From NCBI GenBank assembly GCA_016699955.1, contig CP064993.1, forward strand, positions 690,001 through 722,000: a DNA stretch of 32,000 nt, read 5' to 3'. Origin of the DNA: Candidatus Saccharimonadota bacterium. Lineage in GTDB: Bacteria > Patescibacteriota > Saccharimonadia > Saccharimonadales > UBA4665. The notes below the pieces were generated by a model, which was given only the letters and a program-made list of their open reading frames with translations, searched no databases and was not told the DNA's origin. Both the position numbers and the translations under genes were made by a program. Shown one piece after another: positions 18,503 through 27,430 of the stretch. Within the stretch, counting starts at the first letter, position 1. Each line of letters begins with the position of its first letter.

Positions 18503-19023
18503 TCAAGTCGATTGTCTTTGGTGGGGGATGTTTTTGGTGTAGCGAGGCGGTATTTCAGCGGGTGGATGGCGTGACAAAGGTTGTACCAGGCTATGCCGGA
18601 GGCACTGTGCCAGATCCGATGTATGAACAAGTTTGCAGCGGCAAAACTGGACATGCTGAAGTAGTAAAAGTCGATTATGACGATACAAAGATATCGCTGG
18701 AGCATTTACTACATATTTTCTTCAGAGCACACGACCCTACGACGCTTAATCGCCAGGGAGCAGATGAAGGTTCGCAATATCGGTCAGTCATTTTGTATGG
18801 CGATAAGGTGGATGCTGTGAAAGCGCAATCTGTTATAGAGGAGATCCAAGCTGAAACGGCGACAACTATAGTGACTGAGGTCGCAAAACTAGATGCGTTT
18901 TATGAAGCCGAAGCATACCATCGCAATTATTTCGAGCAGCACCCAGAGCAGGCCTACTGCCAAATAGTCATCAATCCAAAAATCGACAAACTCCGTGAGT
19001 ATCTGCGGGATAATCCCATATAG
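18499..19023 (+). CDS. msrA: peptide-methionine (S)-S-oxide reductase
   Basis: GGGCFWCSEAVF active-site motif, GYAGG, GHAEVV and YHRNYF. The ATG at 18499 overlaps the doc stop (ATGA). Confidence 0.92.
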   Translation: MIKSIVFGGGCFWCSEAVFQRVDGVTKVVPGYAGGTVPDPMYEQVCSGKTGHAEVVKVDYDDTKISLEHLLHIFFRAHDPTTLNRQGADEGSQYRSVILYGDKVDAVKAQSVIEEIQAETATTIVTEVAKLDAFYEAEAYHRNYFEQHPEQAYCQIVINPKIDKLREYLRDNPI

Positions 19024-19063
19024 TCAGCTATAATGTAGACTAATTGAAAGCGAGGTTTTCATA

Positions 19064-19366
19064 ATGATAGCAAAATGGAAAGGTCAGATTATCGCTCAGG
19101 CTGACAAAGACAGTCTTATATATATTGAGGGGAACTGGTATTTTCCGCCCTCAGCTATTAACGAGGAGTATTTTGTACCTAGCGAAACACACACGACTTG
19201 TGCCTGGAAGGGAGAAGCTAGCTATTACAATGTAGTCGTTGGCGGCGAAACAAACAGCGATGCGGCTTGGTACTACCCGGAGCCACGAGAAGGTTCGATT
19301 GAGCGTGTCCACAAAGATTATACAAACTACGTGGCGTTTTGGAGAGGAGTCGAGGTTAATGAATAA
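19064..19366 (+). CDS. DUF427 domain protein
   Basis: 100 aa with the family pattern EGNWYFP......S.THTTC.WKG.ASYY.V.......AAWYYPEP. Confidence 0.72.
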   Translation: MIAKWKGQIIAQADKDSLIYIEGNWYFPPSAINEEYFVPSETHTTCAWKGEASYYNVVVGGETNSDAAWYYPEPREGSIERVHKDYTNYVAFWRGVEVNE

Positions 19367-20528
19367 CAATTGGGACTTGACCCAGCTCAGATCAACCGCG
19401 ACCGAACAGGGGACACCTTTGTTTGTTTATTCGCGTCAGTTACTACTTGAGCGGGCGAAGCAAATTGTCGATCTGAAGCTTCCATTTGGTTATACTCCGC
19501 GATATGCAATTAAAGCCAATAATCATCCAGATATACTGCAAATGTTTCATGACGCGGGCTTGCAGTTTGACGCCAGTTCTAGCTACGAAGCAAATGAAAT
19601 ATTGGCACAAGGTATTCCAGGTGAAAAGATTAGTTTATCCAGTCAGCAACCAGCGCACAATTTGCAAGAATTGTTGCAGGCTGGTGTAAAATTTGTCGCG
19701 ACCTCCATGCATCAACTCGAGTTGGTTTTACGAGAAGAGCAGTGTCCAAAACAGATAGGATTACGAGTTAATCCCGGTATTGGTGCTGGTCACAATAATA
19801 GACTGACTACCGGTGGAGCTAATAGTAGTTTTGGGCTATGGAATGCCTATGTCCCTGAGGCACTTCAACTAGCTAAAAAAAATGGGGTGAAGATTGATCG
19901 CCTGCACGTACACATCGGTTCGGGCGCTGACCCAACCATGTGGGGAAAAATGATAGAAACGGCGCTTTCTATTGCCGAAAACATGCATGATGTGACCAGT
20001 CTGAATATGGGAGGAGGGTACAAGATCCATCGCTACGGGGATGAGCATGAAGCAGATTTGGTTGCCATAGGAGTTGAATTTAGCCGGCAATTACAGACGT
20101 TCGCGAAAAAAACGGGGCGAAAACTGCACTTAGAAATCGAACCGGGTACGTGGCTAGTCGGGCATGCAGGGGTATTGCTTGCCAGTGTCGTCGATGTTGT
20201 CGATACGGGCGACGATGGTCATACGTTTTTGCGACTTGATACTGGGATGAATGACTTTGCACGTCCAGGCATGTACGGCGCTCAGCACCGGGTTGCAGTG
20301 CTAAATGACGCGCTTGATACAGCGGAGTATGTGTTGGTCGGGCATAACTGCGAAACGGCTGATATTCTCACGCCGGCGCCAGGTGACCCAGAGGGTATAG
20401 AATCGAGAGAGCTGCGAAAGGCAAATATTGGCGACACTATTGCCATATATGACACGGGCGCCTACTGCCGGAGCATGAGTCACAAAGGTTACAATAGCTT
20501 TCCAAATGCAGGTGAGTTATTTATCTGA
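19359..20528 (+). CDS. PLP-dependent decarboxylase of the Orn/DAP/Arg (alanine-racemase-fold) family, diaminopimelate decarboxylase-like
   Basis: YAIKANNHPDIL (PLP-Lys), HVHIGSG, LNMGGGY, EPGTWLVGHAG, CETADIL and YDTGAY..SM...YNSFP. The ATG at 19359 (MNNNWDL) overlaps the DUF427 stop by 8 nt. The longer tracked ORF from 19239 is rejected. Substrate cannot be assigned from sequence alone. Confidence 0.8.
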   Translation: MNNNWDLTQLRSTATEQGTPLFVYSRQLLLERAKQIVDLKLPFGYTPRYAIKANNHPDILQMFHDAGLQFDASSSYEANEILAQGIPGEKISLSSQQPAHNLQELLQAGVKFVATSMHQLELVLREEQCPKQIGLRVNPGIGAGHNNRLTTGGANSSFGLWNAYVPEALQLAKKNGVKIDRLHVHIGSGADPTMWGKMIETALSIAENMHDVTSLNMGGGYKIHRYGDEHEADLVAIGVEFSRQLQTFAKKTGRKLHLEIEPGTWLVGHAGVLLASVVDVVDTGDDGHTFLRLDTGMNDFARPGMYGAQHRVAVLNDALDTAEYVLVGHNCETADILTPAPGDPEGIESRELRKANIGDTIAIYDTGAYCRSMSHKGYNSFPNAGELFI

Positions 20529-20662
20529 TTCTTGTGTGCTGTATTTGAAGCCATGACTGAGTACTCTCAGGAGCTGCGTTAACTTATGAGTTGTGGGTTT
20601 TCATACAGTTTTCACGGATTGCTTTGTTACAATAGAGTTAATAAAGTGTAAGGGGACTATTG

Positions 20663-23419
20663 ATGCCGAAAAAACACGGAGCCAGAAAAAACGTGGGACG
20701 AAACTCAGCAGATAAACTGCGACCGTTGCAGCGCTTTGCGTTGTTTTTCTTCCAGCGACCTCGCACAACTGCCATACTGTGTCTTATAGTCGCTGGATTT
20801 GGCGTGCTTAGCTACACAACATTGCTCAAAAGGGAAGGTTTTCCGCCAATCAACGTACCTTACGCAATTGGCCAAGCGACGTACTTTGTGAATGATGCTG
20901 CAAAAGTCGACACCGACTTAGCCAAGCCTGTCAGCGAATATCTTATGAAACAATCTGGGGTAAAAACGGTACAGACGAATAGTCTCGGTAACTTTGCGAC
21001 AGTTGTTCTACAGTACGAAGCAAAGGTCGACGCGACAAGCCGCAGCCAGGAGCTACAGAAGGCAATGGTTTCGCAGAAAATTGTTCCGGCGGGAGGAAAC
21101 CTAAAGTTTGAGGCGGCACGGTTCGGATTTACGGAGCGCGGTGATGATGCGGTTGTGTCTTTTTTCTCAACGAAGAATACTGCACTTCCTGAACCTGAGC
21201 TTGTTTCGGCTGCTACGCAAGCTGCTAAGTTTATCAGGGAGCAGAAACAGAGCCTTGTCAAAGACGCGTCTATTATTAGCCCCATTGAACAGGCCCAGAA
21301 TCCGCTGACGGGTGAAACACAAAATGTGCAAAGCCGATTTGAGAGATTTGGCGAACGGGTTGGCGATAAAACCACCTTTTATAGCTCTGTGCCGATTGGC
21401 GCAAGCATTGTAAGGGGCGGTGACGTTGTAACGTTTGGTGATCAGCTAAAAGAGGCGGTCGATGCCTACAACCGCAAGTTTAGCTCTAGCGGTTTTGCTA
21501 TGCGAGTGAGTGCAAGCTTTGCCCCGAGCATTCGCCAACAAATCAGCGAGCTGCAAAAGACGCTCCTCGAGGGCTTACTAGCGGTGTTAATTATCGGCTC
21601 GATTGTTATTGCGGTGCGGGCGTCGGTCATCACGGTGCTTTCTATGGTGACTGTTATTTTGGCTACGCTAGGGGTATTAGAACTTATTGGCTATACGCTC
21701 AATACTATTTCGCTGTTTGCGCTGATTTTAGGACTTTCTCTCATAGTTGACGATACCATCATTGTCGTTGAGGCGCTCGATGCCCAACGGAAACGCAAGA
21801 ATGATGCGAAAGATATTGTAAAAACGGCTATCGGCAAGGTTGGCCGTGCAATGATAGCGGCGACATCTACCGCAGCTTTAAGCTTTGCTCCCTTACTGTT
21901 CGTTGGCGGCATATTGGGCGGGTTTATTCGTGTTATGCCGGTAACGATTATATCGGCACTTGTCATTAGTTTGATTGTTGCGCTAGTTTTTATTCCGTTT
22001 TTTGCACGGTTTATTATGCTTGGCGAAAAACATGTTGGCGCCAAAGCCGAACATGAATTGGCGGCTAATTTCGAAGCTCGCGTGGCTCGTTGGCTTGCCA
22101 AGCCGATGCTGTGGGCTCAACACAGCAAACGTAAACTTTTTGGGGTTGGATTGGCGGCGATATTCCTAAGTTTTGCATTCATAGGCGCCGGCGGCTTTAT
22201 CTTTCAAAAAGTAACGTTTAATATCTTTCCACCCTCAAAGGATACGAACCAGATTGCCGCAACATTACGTTTTCCAACAGGTACCTCGATAGAGCAAGCA
22301 GAGGCAATCAGCGACGTGGCTTTGCAGAAGGTACAGGCAGTGCTCGGGGAGGACTTTGTGTCCGGAGCGCACTATGGTCTGGCTAATGCGCAGAGTGCGC
22401 AGTTCTTTATAGACCTCAAGGACTACAATAAACGTAAAACAACTGCACCAGAGTACATAGACCAGCTCAAAGTGGTTTTCAAAGATTTCAAGCAAGCTCA
22501 AATTGGTATTACGACTATTGACGCCGGGCCTCCAGCCTCAGACTTTACAGCTCGAATTGCATCGGATGAAAACCGTCCAGCGGCCGAAAAACTGGCGACC
22601 GACATTGCTAACTATATACGAACAGCCGATATTCGTCGGTTGGATGGCAGTAAAGTCAAAATTGAAACCGTTTCGGTTGATAATGCCGATATTCTGACCC
22701 GGGTCGACAGTAAATCGTATGTGGGTATTACTGCCAAGTTTGTTGATACTGATACAACTGCACTTGTGACACAAACACAGAAGGCCGTAGAGGATACCTT
22801 TACCCCTGGGAAAGTAGCTGCCTACGGTGTTTCGAAAGATGCCGTAAGCTTCAACTTTGGTCAGGAGAGTGAAAACCAGGACAGCTTTAAGACGTTGGCA
22901 GTCGCATTTCCGATAGTACTTCTCGTCATTTACTTAGTGCTTGCAGCGCAGTTCCGTAGCCTATTGCAGCCATTACTGATATTTATGGCAATTCCATTCA
23001 GTCTTTTTGGGATTACGCTGGGGCTATGGCTGACAGACAATGCATTTAGCTTCTTTGCAATGCTTGGCTTCTTTGCACTAATTGGTCTTAGCATCAAGAA
23101 CACCATCCTCCTGACCGATTACGCGAATCAGTCGCGTCGGGCAGGGATGAACCCCGTTGATGCAGCGCAGGAAGCTCTCGCCGAGCGATTCCGACCACTT
23201 GTCGCTACGAGCTTAACGGCCATTGTTTCTATTATTCCGCTCTCTCTCACGAGTCCATTCTGGCAAGGACTAGCGGTCGTGCTAATTTTTGGCTTGCTTT
23301 CGAGTACACTTATGGTAGTTACGGTGTTCCCGTACTACTATCTCGCTGGAGAATTCTTGCGCGGTGTGTTTCGCCGCCGTATTTCACACCCGCTGAAACA
23401 GCGCTTGAGTCGGGCATAA
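20663..23419 (+). CDS. RND-superfamily efflux transporter permease (AcrB/HAE-like)
   Basis: About 918 aa. N-terminal TM followed by a large loop (L.REGFPPINVPY). There are two blocks of about 5-6 TM helices (residues ~300-450 and ~760-900), each preceded by a large hydrophilic domain. This is the typical 12-TM RND duplication. No adjacent membrane-fusion or outer-membrane partner gene. Confidence 0.8.
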   Translation: MPKKHGARKNVGRNSADKLRPLQRFALFFFQRPRTTAILCLIVAGFGVLSYTTLLKREGFPPINVPYAIGQATYFVNDAAKVDTDLAKPVSEYLMKQSGVKTVQTNSLGNFATVVLQYEAKVDATSRSQELQKAMVSQKIVPAGGNLKFEAARFGFTERGDDAVVSFFSTKNTALPEPELVSAATQAAKFIREQKQSLVKDASIISPIEQAQNPLTGETQNVQSRFERFGERVGDKTTFYSSVPIGASIVRGGDVVTFGDQLKEAVDAYNRKFSSSGFAMRVSASFAPSIRQQISELQKTLLEGLLAVLIIGSIVIAVRASVITVLSMVTVILATLGVLELIGYTLNTISLFALILGLSLIVDDTIIVVEALDAQRKRKNDAKDIVKTAIGKVGRAMIAATSTAALSFAPLLFVGGILGGFIRVMPVTIISALVISLIVALVFIPFFARFIMLGEKHVGAKAEHELAANFEARVARWLAKPMLWAQHSKRKLFGVGLAAIFLSFAFIGAGGFIFQKVTFNIFPPSKDTNQIAATLRFPTGTSIEQAEAISDVALQKVQAVLGEDFVSGAHYGLANAQSAQFFIDLKDYNKRKTTAPEYIDQLKVVFKDFKQAQIGITTIDAGPPASDFTARIASDENRPAAEKLATDIANYIRTADIRRLDGSKVKIETVSVDNADILTRVDSKSYVGITAKFVDTDTTALVTQTQKAVEDTFTPGKVAAYGVSKDAVSFNFGQESENQDSFKTLAVAFPIVLLVIYLVLAAQFRSLLQPLLIFMAIPFSLFGITLGLWLTDNAFSFFAMLGFFALIGLSIKNTILLTDYANQSRRAGMNPVDAAQEALAERFRPLVATSLTAIVSIIPLSLTSPFWQGLAVVLIFGLLSSTLMVVTVFPYYYLAGEFLRGVFRRRISHPLKQRLSRA

Positions 23420-23432
23420 GGAGTAATTGAAC

Positions 23433-23978
23433 ATGCGACAAAATGAGGATAACAATGTTGACACTAACGGACCCTTCTCGGTGCTTAAGAGAATTTTTTC
23501 TGGCGAACCAGCTTTCCAAACAGACAAAAAGGAGACGCAGGGTTCCCCCAGTGGCGGGCACGGCGCTTCTCCAGCAGCAAACGGTGCAAATCCGTACTTG
23601 CAGTCTTCAGGACGCAAGGTGTATCCGGTAGCAAAAGTATCAAGCGCACATTTTCACCGCAGTGGTGATCACTCTGAGCTTCGCGTGCATATTCACAATG
23701 ATTCGCCATTTGAAATACAGCTCGATAAAATTCGTATATTTGGGCAAACTGTCGAGCTTGACAACAATCTTCCGTCGCATGGTAGCGCGGAGTTCCTCCT
23801 ATACCGAGGACATTCGTTCCGTGCTCGTCCGGAAACTCGCGCCGAGCTTGTGTACCAAATAATCGGTTCAAACGATTATTTTATGAATCCGCATGAAGTC
23901 ATGTTTCGGCAAGAGTCAGACGGAGTCTACCTGGTTACCGAACTTCGCAGCAGGGACAACCTGGTATCGGACGTATAA
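23433..23978 (+). CDS. hypothetical protein (disordered N-terminus, beta-rich C-terminal domain)
   Basis: AAGGAG lies 8 nt upstream of the ATG, 13 nt after the RND stop. No recognisable motif. Confidence 0.5.
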   Translation: MRQNEDNNVDTNGPFSVLKRIFSGEPAFQTDKKETQGSPSGGHGASPAANGANPYLQSSGRKVYPVAKVSSAHFHRSGDHSELRVHIHNDSPFEIQLDKIRIFGQTVELDNNLPSHGSAEFLLYRGHSFRARPETRAELVYQIIGSNDYFMNPHEVMFRQESDGVYLVTELRSRDNLVSDV

Positions 23979-24039
23979 CTCAGGCTGTCTGAAGGTGCCA
24001 AATTGTGGTACATTTAGTACATAACGAGGAGGGGTCGGT

Positions 24040-24666
24040 ATGTCTGAGCACAAAAATAAGAAGGTTGATACAACGGATTATAGTGCCGCGACGAAGGATG
24101 CACGGGTGCTTGGGGAGCGTAATGATTATGAACATCCGGGTTTTTTCCTACGATGTGCCGTTTGGATTGTGTCGCGTTTTCCGATAACGCGCAATAAATA
24201 TCAAAACTGGACGACGGCTCGCACCATTATAGTCGGATGGCTACTTTGGCTGATTGTGCTACCAATTATCCCGATTGTTGCGGCAGTCATATGGTACGTG
24301 CGTGATCCAGAAAGCTTTAAAACGAGTCCGTGGGCAAAGGCATTACTTGGTCTGGCGGTCGCTTGGGCAGGGTACGCTGGTGTCATCCTCACCAACCCCT
24401 CGCAAGCAAATGTGAATGGAAAATACTCACCGATTCAAACTCAGCCAAATGGCGAAGTTACGGGTGAAACAGATGCACTGAATACCGCGAGCGCCTCAGC
24501 GAAGCAGAAGGTTGCAGCACAGAAAGAAAGCAAAAATTCAGGTGGGCGCACGTTTACGAATTGCACAGCTGCTTTTGAAGCAGGAGTTTTTGATATCAAA
24601 CGTTCTAACGCCAGCTATGAGCCTCGCCTCGACCGAGACAACGACGGCATTGCGTGTGAGAAATAG
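24040..24666 (+). CDS. membrane protein with C-terminal Excalibur calcium-binding domain
   Basis: GAGGAGGGG Shine-Dalgarno. About three hydrophobic helices (residues ~45-125). C-terminal FTNCTAAFEAG....Y.P.LDRDNDGIACE matches the Excalibur DxDxDGxxCE signature. Confidence 0.7.
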   Translation: MSEHKNKKVDTTDYSAATKDARVLGERNDYEHPGFFLRCAVWIVSRFPITRNKYQNWTTARTIIVGWLLWLIVLPIIPIVAAVIWYVRDPESFKTSPWAKALLGLAVAWAGYAGVILTNPSQANVNGKYSPIQTQPNGEVTGETDALNTASASAKQKVAAQKESKNSGGRTFTNCTAAFEAGVFDIKRSNASYEPRLDRDNDGIACEK

Positions 24667-24668
24667 TT

Positions 24669-25247
24669 ATGGATATCAAGCAGCTCATACTTGACCAGCT
24701 TTCTGGTGCGGCGGCCGATAAACTTGGTTCGCGCAACGGGCTAGATTCATCACAGACTAATTCAGCGGTGGATTCTGCGCTTACAGCGATTTTGAGTGGC
24801 TTGCAGCAGGAAGCGGGTAATGGCAAAACGGCTGAAAAACTGGACGACGCCTTGAGCAAAGATCACAATGGATCAATTTTAAATGATCTAGTTGGGGCGG
24901 TTGGCAGCGATGCAACAAAGGTAGACGGCACAAAAATACTTGAACACATTTTTGGGGATAAAAGCGATAAAATTACAGATACGGTAGCAAAAAATGCTGG
25001 GGTAAGCAGCTCTGCGGCCGGTGATATATTGGGCACATTGGCACCGATAGTGCTTGGTCAGCTTGGCAAACAAAAACAGTCTGAGGGGCTGGATGTCGGC
25101 GGGTTAGTGAGCATTCTACTTGGTCAAAAAACTGGCAAAGGCGACGGTGGCCTAGGAGATATCGTGTCTGGTTTGTTTAACAAAAAGAACGCCGGACTAC
25201 TTGCGCTGCTGTTAGGCGTTTTTAAAATGTTTGTCCGAAAGAAGTAG
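24669..25247 (+). CDS. DUF937 family protein with C-terminal hydrophobic tail
   Basis: Starts 2 nt after the upstream stop. HNGSILNDL......DG.KILEHIFG, then ILGTLAPIVLGQLGKQ, then GLDVGGLVSILLGQ is the pattern I associate with DUF937. The C-terminal segment AGLLALLLGVFKMFV is a possible anchor. Confidence 0.6.
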   Translation: MDIKQLILDQLSGAAADKLGSRNGLDSSQTNSAVDSALTAILSGLQQEAGNGKTAEKLDDALSKDHNGSILNDLVGAVGSDATKVDGTKILEHIFGDKSDKITDTVAKNAGVSSSAAGDILGTLAPIVLGQLGKQKQSEGLDVGGLVSILLGQKTGKGDGGLGDIVSGLFNKKNAGLLALLLGVFKMFVRKK

Positions 25248-25308
25248 CCGCGTAAAAGGAGACGATAACACAACAGTGGTGTCTTCACTTCGGTGATACA
25301 ATGCTGGC

Positions 25309-26313
25309 ATGGATGAAGACACTAGCACTGAACAGCAGCTCCAAAAAGAGCGAGATAACTACCAAGAAACCGATGTATTTGCGTGGGCGAATAACCTGGT
25401 CCAGTATAAGGATGAACTCAAGATTGAGCTTTTTTTTATCTCAAAAAATTATGTGCTGTACAAAACAGCCATGGCGGAAGGCCTCAAAAAACAGTTAGAA
25501 CCAATTTTTGTTGATGAAGTACTCGATTACATTCTCGAGGGAGCAGAAAAGGGCTTAATTGTACGAGGTTTTGAAGACGCTGAGGCCGAAACGGGCGTTT
25601 TGCAGCGAACGCAAGTTTTTAAAGTAGAGAAACTTCGCGAAACGCTCGGCTGGCTGCGAACCCAGGAGCGTGAAATCGTGCTATTCAAAGACGACGAACA
25701 CGATATCAATCATATGAAGGGTGTCATGGCTAGAGTCAGTCACCCAGAAATGGATAAGCCGTTTTACCTTGCAAAGGTGTTGCCAAAGTCTCAGGTAATG
25801 AGAGGTAAACAGGGGTGGATGCTGCGCTCCGACAAATTTGTACCATTTGACGCAGAGGCGGCACTTCGACTACCAACCGACCCACAGCTGTTGATCTTAA
25901 ACCAGGATTTGTACGTTTTTAATCAGTCAAAGCTAAAGACCCTTTTTGGATACGATGCAAAAGAAGCAGCAATTGCCGAAAGTAAAGTCCGCGAGATTAT
26001 GGAAACTTACGGGCTAAGTTTCCCCGAAGGGGTTGGGCTGAATGCGCTTCTAAAGGGCAAAAAACAGCTTATTCAGAAGCTGCAAAAACTTGAAGTTGGT
26101 AGGGTAACCCAAGCAAAAGCACTTGAATACGCTGAGGATATGGACCTAGAACTATTGCCCGATGACCAGGGTAAAATCATAATATTAGATGAAAAAAGTC
26201 TGACGACATTTGTAAACATAATAAATGATGATTACTGGGAATCACCATTAACTGGCGAACGCTACGAAATTATTAAAAAGCGTCCCCTCAAGGCAAAAGA
26301 CGAAGAGGCATAA
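25309..26313 (+). CDS. hypothetical protein; possible DUF4868 (Kiwa KwaB-like) domain, unverified
   Basis: 334-aa ORF with its own TGaTACAAT extended -10 ending 6 nt before the ATG. The central segment LRLPTDPQLLILNQDLYVFNQSKLKTLFGY and the C-terminal FVNIINDDYWESPLTGERYEIIKK resemble, from memory, conserved blocks of DUF4868 proteins. The family call is tentative; the ORF itself is well supported. Confidence 0.4.
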   Translation: MDEDTSTEQQLQKERDNYQETDVFAWANNLVQYKDELKIELFFISKNYVLYKTAMAEGLKKQLEPIFVDEVLDYILEGAEKGLIVRGFEDAEAETGVLQRTQVFKVEKLRETLGWLRTQEREIVLFKDDEHDINHMKGVMARVSHPEMDKPFYLAKVLPKSQVMRGKQGWMLRSDKFVPFDAEAALRLPTDPQLLILNQDLYVFNQSKLKTLFGYDAKEAAIAESKVREIMETYGLSFPEGVGLNALLKGKKQLIQKLQKLEVGRVTQAKALEYAEDMDLELLPDDQGKIIILDEKSLTTFVNIINDDYWESPLTGERYEIIKKRPLKAKDEEA

Positions 26314-26469
26314 TAATCTACATTTGGAAAGAAATGGCTCACAAAGCTGAGAGTACTTATCATGCTCTCTAAATCTCGCCCTTATGCTCGGGTACTTCGC
26401 TTATTTTGGTTATCAATTAAGTGGGGTAGGTAGTACTTATGCCGAGCAGGGTTTAAAATAAGGCATATA

Positions 26470-26724
26470 ATGTCAGAAAAAGAGCCTAAAAAACCAACCA
26501 GTCAGAATAAAACAGAGCGATTGGCTCGATTGTACCGAAATATCAACGCTCTTGGTGCTGCAGCCTGTTTTGCTGTGGGGGCCGTATTAGCTGCTCCACT
26601 GGCGGCAGTAGCTAACACGCTAGGTGCCCTAAACCTCGCTCAAGCAGCAGGCGGAGAAGTAGTCCGACAATCAGCCAAAAAGCGTAACCAAAAGAGTAAC
26701 AATAAACGTCACAAAAAACCTTGA
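26470..26724 (+). CDS. hypothetical small membrane protein (Ala/Gly-rich hydrophobic core, basic C-tail)
   Basis: 84 aa with a central INALGAAACFAVGAVLAAPLAAVANTLGAL segment and a KKRNQKSNNKRHKKP tail. Coding status is uncertain. Confidence 0.35.
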   Translation: MSEKEPKKPTSQNKTERLARLYRNINALGAAACFAVGAVLAAPLAAVANTLGALNLAQAAGGEVVRQSAKKRNQKSNNKRHKKP

Positions 26725-26813
26725 CAATAAAACATACTACAAACACTTGCAATTAACAGTCAAAAAAACTTATGACAGCTGCTGTTCTTAGCCTGTTCGT
26801 ATGCTCGTATACA

Positions 26814-26849
26814 TTGCATTTTAGATTGTCCGGCCGTACAATCTAAATT
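26814..26849 (+). promoter_or_regulatory. promoter (TTGCAT-17-TACAAT) with embedded 26-bp near-palindromic operator, leaderless arrangement
   Basis: TTGCAT at 26814-26819 and TACAAT at 26837-26842, with the ATG 7 nt downstream. The palindrome TTAGATTGTcCGGCCGtACAATCTAA (26821-26846, one mismatched pair) spans the spacer and the -10 element. Confidence 0.55.
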
Positions 26850-27422
26850 ATGGCGAGAAATGCACAGACCAGTGCCCTTGTGGACGAGATTCTTAGGCTA
26901 GTTATTGCTGGAGCAGTTGCGGGCACGATGATTGTAGCGCCAAATGCACTCATTGGGTTAAACAAACCAATGCGTAAAGCTTTTGACACGCTCGACAAAA
27001 GAGCTCAGGAGCGAGAGATTGCAAGGGTTTTTGCCTATATGAAATCCAAAAAACTTCTAACGGAAAATTCTCAGAATGGTCTAGAAATAACGACGCTAGG
27101 TCGCTTGCGGTTAAAACGTATGGATTATGAAAAACTTGCCATACCAACCCCAAAAGTGTGGGATGGACAGTGGAGAATTGTAATGTTTGATATTCCAGAG
27201 AATATGCATATGACACGGCGAGATTTTACAATGAAACTACGTCTGCTTGGTTATAAATATTTACATCAAAGCGTCTGGATTCATCCGTTCGAATCTCGCC
27301 GCGAAATATCAGTTGTCTGCGAAAAAATGGCTATTAGCCAATTTGTAACCTATATCATAACAGCTCACATTGACCACGAGTCGGTACTTATAGATCGATT
27401 TAAATCTGCATTTCAATCTTGA
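26850..27422 (+). CDS. PaaX-like regulator: winged-helix region plus Cas2-like (PaaX middle domain-like) ferredoxin-fold domain
   Basis: VWDGQWRIVMFDIPENMHMTRRDFTMKLRLLGYKYLHQSVWIHPF matches the W.G.W..V.F.IPE..R..R..L...L...G...L...VW..P signature shared by PaaX-family and Cas2-like domains. Upstream, ARVFAYMKSKKLL...GLEITTLGR looks like a winged helix. There is also an N-terminal hydrophobic stretch. Confidence 0.55.
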   Translation: MARNAQTSALVDEILRLVIAGAVAGTMIVAPNALIGLNKPMRKAFDTLDKRAQEREIARVFAYMKSKKLLTENSQNGLEITTLGRLRLKRMDYEKLAIPTPKVWDGQWRIVMFDIPENMHMTRRDFTMKLRLLGYKYLHQSVWIHPFESRREISVVCEKMAISQFVTYIITAHIDHESVLIDRFKSAFQS

Positions 27423-27430
27423 TACAAAAA

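Noticed and set aside
19239-19358. Longer start (19239) for the decarboxylase ORF, overlapping most of the DUF427 gene
   Set aside because: Family homology starts near MNNNWDLTQL. The extension would overlap 128 nt of a well-supported gene in another frame.
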